In this document: positions 33,679-39,932 of the stretch, piece after piece | How the letters are laid out: each line of letters starts with the position of its first letter | How positions within the stretch are numbered: position 1 is the first letter of the stretch | Source: Octopus bimaculoides | Taxonomy: Eukaryota | Assembly: GCF_001194135.2 (NCBI RefSeq) | Contig: NC_068991.1 | Location: 35,458,097-35,498,028, forward strand | Direction: 5' to 3' | DNA: 39,932 bases | Made by a program: the position numbers and the translations under genes | The notes under the pieces: model-generated | Told to the model about the DNA's origin: nothing | Database searches by the model: none | What the model saw: only the letters and a program-made list of their open reading frames with translations

Positions 33679-33874
33679 GTATGCGCGCGCGCGATATGTA
33701 TGTATTTATATATATATATATTTTTTTCTTTGTGTTTTATTAAGTTCTTGAGAGAGTTCAAGCCGGTCGCTAACAAAGCGTAAAGACTTTTAGAGTAAAG
33801 AGAGTTTCTGGTGTTTGTAAATATGTGACCGAGTTGCTGTGTTGGTTGAACTGTCAATGCATTCCCCCAAGTGT

Positions 33875-34139
33875 GTGCATCTCGGATGGAGAATTTTTGA
33901 GATGCCTAACAAATCTTCACTGTGCCACTAAGCGGTTGGATTTTAAGAATCAGCGTCAGATTCTTTTGCTCTTTTTTCGTGAAACCGAATATTTCTAGGT
34001 ATTTGTGTAAATTTCTTGGTACCTAACCTAATGCACCTATGATGATAGGTGCACATGAGAATTCATAGTCAGGATACAAGAGCAGTAAGTTCCGCATTAA
34101 TTCACCATGAATGTTCTCTTTCATCTGGACTTTTGATTG
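33875..34139 (-). mobile_element. RLE-type non-LTR retrotransposon C-terminal fragment
   Basis: KVQMKENIHGELMRNLLLLYPDYEFSCAPIIIGALG*VPRNLHKYLEIFGF...LSGTVKIC; PIIIGALG is typical of R4/NeSL-type RLE tails. Confidence 0.7.
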
Positions 34140-34155
34140 TATGTGTGTATGCATG

Positions 34156-34228
<73 letters not shown>
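34140..34228. repeat. (GT)n microsatellite
   Basis: Direct reading. Confidence 0.97.
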
Positions 34229-34830
34229 ATGGAACGGAAATAAGCCAAGGAAAATAATTCAGCGTGTGCAGTGACATGTGTTTCAACAATAAAGATAAAT
34301 AAGGTATATTAAATACCATACAAGTTTAATTTTTGATTGATTGAAATTATCTCCGCTTCAAGAGAAGATAGAACAATCATTTGGTGACTCCAAATGAAGA
34401 AATCTAATCTAACAAAGAATTTCTCCAAAATTGACGCCATTAAGGAAATGACTGATACTCTGGAGACAAAAGTACAGTTGTAGACGCGTGTTTCTATCTT
34501 AATAGGCGTCATAAGCACAGCAGTTGCTTTACATTATCTCCAGCAAAACGAGATGGTAAAAGACTACTTCGGGAGTGATTGAGTCCTCATTCTTGTCAAA
34601 ACAATATAAGAGAGAAAGGGGGAGAGAAAAGAGAGAGAAAAAGAGAGAGAGAGAGAGATGGAGAGAGAGAAAGAGAGAGAGATAAATAGAGTTCCTTGGC
34701 TATGGCCGACCTATCTGCTTTGCTAGCTTGTTGGTGAGTCCTGAAAGACAAAAGGCCATGAAATTACTCACTGAAAGATAAAAAAAACCCCAACAAACTG
34801 TTAAGGCAGTTTCCGATATTTTGGATTTAC

Positions 34831-34900
34831 AACTGGGAGGAGGTATCAGCTGGGAGGAGGTACCAGTTTAGGAGGCAGTACTAGCTGAGGGGAGGTATCC
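34831..34900 (+). repeat. Four degenerate 17-18-bp tandem units (agctgggaggaggtatc)
   Basis: Direct reading. Confidence 0.7.
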
Positions 34901-35540
34901 GTTTGGGGTGAGTGGGTGAAGTAGCAGTTATCTTGGGTTTTGCATGTCATTGGATCTTTCTCATTTACAGTAAAGATAATGGTACGTAAGTGCTCACAGT
35001 CAGCGAGTTTTAGGACATCTGCGAATTCTGTTGCTGCTGCTCATTAAGAAGTAATCAAAGGGTAATTAAAAGGAAAGATGGTCATAATCGAATTTGATGG
35101 ATAATCATCAAGTCTATCGATCGGTTTGATTCTCAGTCTGTCTGTCTGTCTGTCTGTTGTTTTATGGTTGTGCGCACGTATGTCCATGTATATGTAACGA
35201 CTTAATACTCTCTATAATGTCGCTAACCACATCTCACTACTCTGTCAAATTAATTATGATGACGTCATTGACTCGATGAAGAGTTTAGTCATTAGGAGTG
35301 ACTCAAAAGCATGATCAAAGATTCAGCTGATCGATCTTTTCTCGATATATCATTGGTTGGTGTTTCCTAATGACACTAAATCTTTGAATTGTATTATGAG
35401 GCTTCTTTCTGTGCCCGAACAACTACAAATAATGAGAGATATAGCCAGTCTACTAGAGAACTAGACACTGTCTAAATGATTCTATATCTCACATTCTCTC
35501 GACAGTTCATACTTCTTTCTTTTCCTCTGTTTTGTAAACT

Positions 35541-35846
35541 GGCATTCCGTTAGTTGTGACAACGAGGTTTCCAATTGATCCAATCAACGGAACAGCCTGC
35601 TCGTGAAATTAGCAAGTAGCTGGGTACTCCACAGACACGTGTTCACTTAACATAGTTCTCAGGGAGATTCAGCATGACACAAAATGCGAAAAGGCTGGCC
35701 CTTTGAAATACAAGTACTACTCATTTTTCCCAGCTGAGTGGGCTGGAGCAACATGAAATAAAATATCACACTCAAAGACACAACGCGTCTCCAGGAATTC
35801 AACTCACGACCTTTGATCGTGAACCGAATATCCTAAGCGACGCGCC
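35541..35846 (-). mobile_element. tRNA-derived SINE (same family as 12621-12931)
   Basis: Reverse-complement match over the whole length. Confidence 0.82.
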
Positions 35847-36044
35847 TTCACTTCTATTTTGTATTTATGTCGTACACACACAGACAGACAGACAGACAGA
35901 CACAGACACAAACACGTACAAACACACACACACACATACACACACAAATGAAAATGAAATCTTTTTCACATTGTTTCAAACAAATCTTCAGAATATTTCT
36001 AACGCTCTTTTCTTTGAATGAACAAGTTTACCTAATTTTTATTT

Positions 36045-36110
36045 CATTCTAATTTTTATTTACCTATCATTCTAATTTTTATTTACCTATCATTCTAATC
36101 TTTATTTACC
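36045..36110 (+). repeat. 23-bp tandem repeat x3 (cattctaatttttatttacctat)
   Basis: Direct reading. Confidence 0.85.
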
Positions 36111-36281
36111 TCTTTGAAATTTCTATCCGATTTAACATTTTATCTCTCATCTGCCACATTTTATTCTTTATAACTCTTACATTACGTTGTTCATCTTTAT
36201 TTACATCTTTGATCAGTTTTATTTAATAACATTTTCTATCGTCAACGTTTAGTTATATTTCTGTTCCAATCTTTTTCTATA

Positions 36282-37161
36282 CGAGGTCTGATCAATAAAT
36301 ATCCGGACTGTTGCTATAGTAACGAAGCCAAAGCACGCAGAGTAAAGTTGCTTGGCAGAAACTGACCTTGAATTCTGCTGTGAATGCACACTAAATTTTA
36401 ACGTTCTAGCTCACTTCCGCTGTTTACAGCAGTGCTTGGAAGGAAAGTGTGTAGCGTGTGGTCATCGCATTGACCATGACAGAGAAAGTTAAGTAGAGAA
36501 TTCGCATCAAATTTCGCCAAAAGCTTGGCAATATCTATTCAGAGGCCTATGCAAAGCTTTCAAAAAGTTTACATCGTTCTCGACAGAGTCAAGGAGATCT
36601 TGTGCGACAGAAACCTGAGTGTGTTTTTGGTTAGCTGAAAGCAGTTTTGGCACAAACTTAGTAGACACGCGTCTCATACCCAAATCTTCAGTGATAATGG
36701 ACTGAACTGAACCGTAACCAATCTGCACATCTGATAACTCACGGATGGTAATTCGACGATTTCCTCTCACAACTGCACGCACATCTGCAATGTTTTTCTC
36801 AGTTCTGCTGGTCTCTCAGAACATTCGACAATATCGACATTTTTTCGGTCATCTTGGAAACGTCTGAACCACTCGTACACTTGTGTGTAGCTCATACACT
36901 CCTCTCCATACACTTTCTGCGACTTTGTATAGGCCTCGGAGCAGTTATCGCCATGACAACTTTCTCTGTTATGGTCAATGCGACGATCAAACGCTACACT
37001 CCTTTCCAAGCACCGCTGTAAACAGCAGAAGTAAGCTAGAACGTTAAAACTTATTGCACATGCACAGCAGAATTCGAGGTCAATCTGTGCCAAGCAGCTT
37101 CGCTCTGCGTACTTTTGCTTCGTTACTTTGGCAATAGTCCAGATACTTATTGATAAACTCG
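36282..37161 (-). mobile_element. Mariner foldback derivative (880 bp) with two 5' ends
   Basis: TA-flanked; TIR cgaggtctgatcaataa / ttattgataaactcg. Minus strand encodes a mariner N-half (SEAYTK.QKVYGEE...VYEWFRRF...RRITIREL...LGMRRVSTKFVPKLLS...QDLLDSVENDVNFLK). Left ~275 bp is an inverted copy of the 5' end. Confidence 0.9.
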
Positions 37162-37695
37162 TATACGCACAGACACATGTATCTTCATCACACACAAACG
37201 TACATACATACAAACGTACGTACATACATACATAAATACATAAATGCATACATGTATATGTCATGCATACATATGTACAACACACACATACATACATGCG
37301 TACATATATGCATACGTACATGCATGCATAAAAGCATACACATATACGCATATTCACACATACATACGTACATACACACAGACGTGCATGCATGCATACA
37401 TACATACGTATATACATATACACACATACATACATTCATGCATGCATACATATATACATGCATACGTGCATACGTACATGCATGCATATATATACATACA
37501 CAAATATACAACATACACACACATACATACATGCACACATACATACTTACATGCATACATGTATACAAGCATATATGCATGGATATATACATACACACAT
37601 ACACAAATATACATGCACACATACAAACATACATTCATACATACATACGTGCATAAATACATACATACATACATACATACATGCATACATACATA
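37162..37695. repeat. Degenerate (TACA)n/(TGCA)n compound microsatellite
   Basis: Direct reading. Confidence 0.95.
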
Positions 37696-38119
37696 GAGTG
37701 AACAGATGAGATCCAGAGATGCTCAATATCCTGAAGCTGGAGACCGGATCTACCCCATGTTCATTTACTTCCATAACTGGCTGCATATTTTTATGAACTT
37801 CATCTGCCATCATTATGAAGAAACTCTGAGCTCCCAGAAACAGCTGTCGAATTTGTAATACCATATCTTCTCCCCTTTAATTTTCTGTCTCTGTGCACTG
37901 TGTAAGTTTGCTCTGTTAATATATAAATATATATTTATACTTGAATGTTCATCATCTGAAAATTTTCAGTCTTTGCTCTCTCTCTATTTACCTTTATACG
38001 TGTACATATATTTAATTAACCCAAGCTGTTTTATTTGTTTATTTGCATCATGGTCTCCATATCTACTCACCTGGATTCCTCATATAGCAACTCTTTACCC
38101 TGTGGAGTGTAAATTCAAA

Positions 38120-38173
<54 letters not shown>

Positions 38174-38740
38174 ACACATGCACATAGAGCATGCCTCTGC
38201 CTCAATTTAAACCTGGATTCTTTTTATATTTAGAACATTTTTGTAAGCAATAAAACAGAATCTTTCAAATTGAGTGACTTCGTGAAAAATCTAACGGACG
38301 GTGTCCAACAACTACACCTCAAATTCTTTGACTGCTGTCGGCAAAAATTCTAACGAATGCAAAATCATTGACTGAAAATCAATCAAGCTTTGATTAAGTT
38401 AAATATGGTTTATAAAAAGAATAACAAACAACAGGCAAAGAGAAGTTGAATACAGCTACAAATATCTGGACAGGCCGAGACTCAGCATGCGTTAAGTTAG
38501 GCAAAGTTGAATATTAGTCGTTTTTGAACTGAACTGGTCAGCATGAACATTCTGCAACACCCAATGACCAATTTGCTACGAAAACTCGTATTCATTTATC
38601 CCCTCATTTTATATCTCGTTTTCATCTACACACAATCACACCACCTGTCCGACAGAATCAGGTCACAGCGTTAATTTTATTTTCCCCATTTTGTCATTGC
38701 CTTTTCTCAGAACGGACGTGTTTCGTGTCCAACTTCTTTT

Positions 38741-38940
38741 ACTTCTTTTACTTGTTTCAGTCACTTGACTGTGGCCATGATGGAACACCTTTAGTCGAGG
38801 AAATCGACCCCAAGACTTATTCTTTCTAAGCCTAGTACTTATTCTATCGGTTCTTTTGCCGAACTGCTAAGTTACGGAGGCGTAAATACGCCAACATGGG
38901 TTGTCTAGCGATGGCGGGGGGACAAACACAGACACACAAA
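38741..38940 (-). mobile_element. SINE 3' half
   Basis: Reverse match to 29950-30137. Confidence 0.8.
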
Positions 38941-38951
38941 TGCATACATAT

Positions 38952-39008
<57 letters not shown>

Positions 39009-39306
39009 ATTATAAACATATAGGGATCAGCATGAGTTGCCTCACCAACATACTGAAAATTTAGAAATAGNNNNNNNNNNNNNNNNNNNNNNNNNNNNNN
39101 NNNNNNNNNNNNNNNNNNNNNNNNNNNNNNNNNNNNNNNNNNNNNNNNNNNNNNNNNNNNNNNNNNNNNNNNNNNNNNNNNNNNNNNNNNNNNNNNNNNN
39201 NNNNNNNNNNNNNNNNNNNNNNNNNNNNNNNNNNNNNNNNNNNNNNNNNNNNNNNNNNNNNNNNNNNNNNNNNNNNNNNNNNNNNNNNNNNNNNNNNNNN
39301 NNNNNN

Positions 39307-39365
<59 letters not shown>
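39307..39365. repeat. (TCTA)n microsatellite
   Basis: Direct reading. Confidence 0.95.
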
Positions 39366-39742
39366 GACGGACGTGCTGTCACATCGGCTGCAGAGGTAAA
39401 CGTTTATTTGACCTTTTATTGTCCACATTTTGTTGGAATTTTAAAATATTTTTGTTGCGAAGCACCTAGGCTTCATTTTTGTGTATTTTCAAGGGCAGGA
39501 ATTGGCCCCCAGGGGCATTTTCGGCCCTAGTAAAATACAAAAATTTCTTTCTCGACATTTGAAAAATATCGAGAAACGTAATTTTGGAATGATTGTCTTG
39601 TTCTTTTGATGAGCATTTCCCGAGGCTTCAGATGCCAGAAGANNNNNNNNNNNNNNNNNNNNNNNNNNNNNNNNNNNNNNNNNNNNNNNNNNNNNNNNNN
39701 NNNNNNNNNNNNNNNNNNNNNNNNNNNNNNNNNNNNNNNNNN

Positions 39743-39930
39743 GCCACCACTTCTTTCGGGTCGAATTCCGGTGGCACTTCATTAATTTTCACACTAGCAG
39801 TTCTCTTCCCCATATATGTTGGTAGCAGTAGCACCTCTTTGTTTTTAAGGGGACACATAGAATGCCCGCGGGCCACCTCTTCCTCTGGGAAACGGACCTC
39901 CACAGTACCATGTGCCCGCCCCCTTGCAAT
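39743..39930 (-). mobile_element. Stop-free fragment, probably ORF1 (Gag-like/RRM) of a Tx1-type LINE
   Basis: IARGRAHGTVEVRFPEEEVARGHSMCPLKNKEVLLLPTYMGKRTASVKINEVPPEFDPKEVVA; GC-richer than flanks; V.I..VP motif resembles Tx1 ORF1 RRM. Recognition is tentative. Confidence 0.4.
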
Positions 39931-39932
39931 AT

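Noticed and set aside
34330-34560. RVSILIGVISTAVALHYLQ, reminiscent of a kinase GL.YLH segment
   Set aside because: The frame has stops, there are no flanking kinase motifs and no supporting splice sites.
38700-38740. Minus-strand CGAAACACGTC, like a hammerhead 3' half
   Set aside because: No CTGANGA upstream on that strand; a SINE occupies that position.
39743-39790. PPEFDPKEVV resembles the RPL12 N-terminus (MPPKFDPNEIK)
   Set aside because: It is internal to a longer frame, has no initiator Met, and the flanks show no other RPL12 similarity.

Overview
AT-rich, microsatellite-dense animal DNA with six N gaps. The SINE, RTE and mariner content points to an octopus genome (inference). One host gene is present: the last 10 coding exons (865-25433, + strand, about 279 aa) of NEMF/Rqc2, the ribosome quality-control CAT-tailing factor. 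All 10 exons splice in frame with GT-AG introns and end in the conserved DSLTG...APY...NYKYKVKL.PG..K.GK...SRNIPGKVK..APNL segment. The rest is mostly decayed mobile DNA: tRNA-derived SINEs, RTE, R4/Dong-like and Tx1-like LINE pieces, mariner/maT transposons, a probable solo LTR and Penelope-like remnants. No wholly new system is demonstrated. The best leads are long hairpins and a ~98% identical inverted duplication inside NEMF introns (candidate dsRNA/ADAR substrates), two minimal hammerhead-like motifs, a 'two 5-prime ends' mariner derivative present twice with the same breakpoint, a (TAA)n-embedded non-coding element beside R4-like LINEs, and a mis-ordered RTE assembly. Most ORFs in the supplied track are microsatellite or N-gap artefacts.
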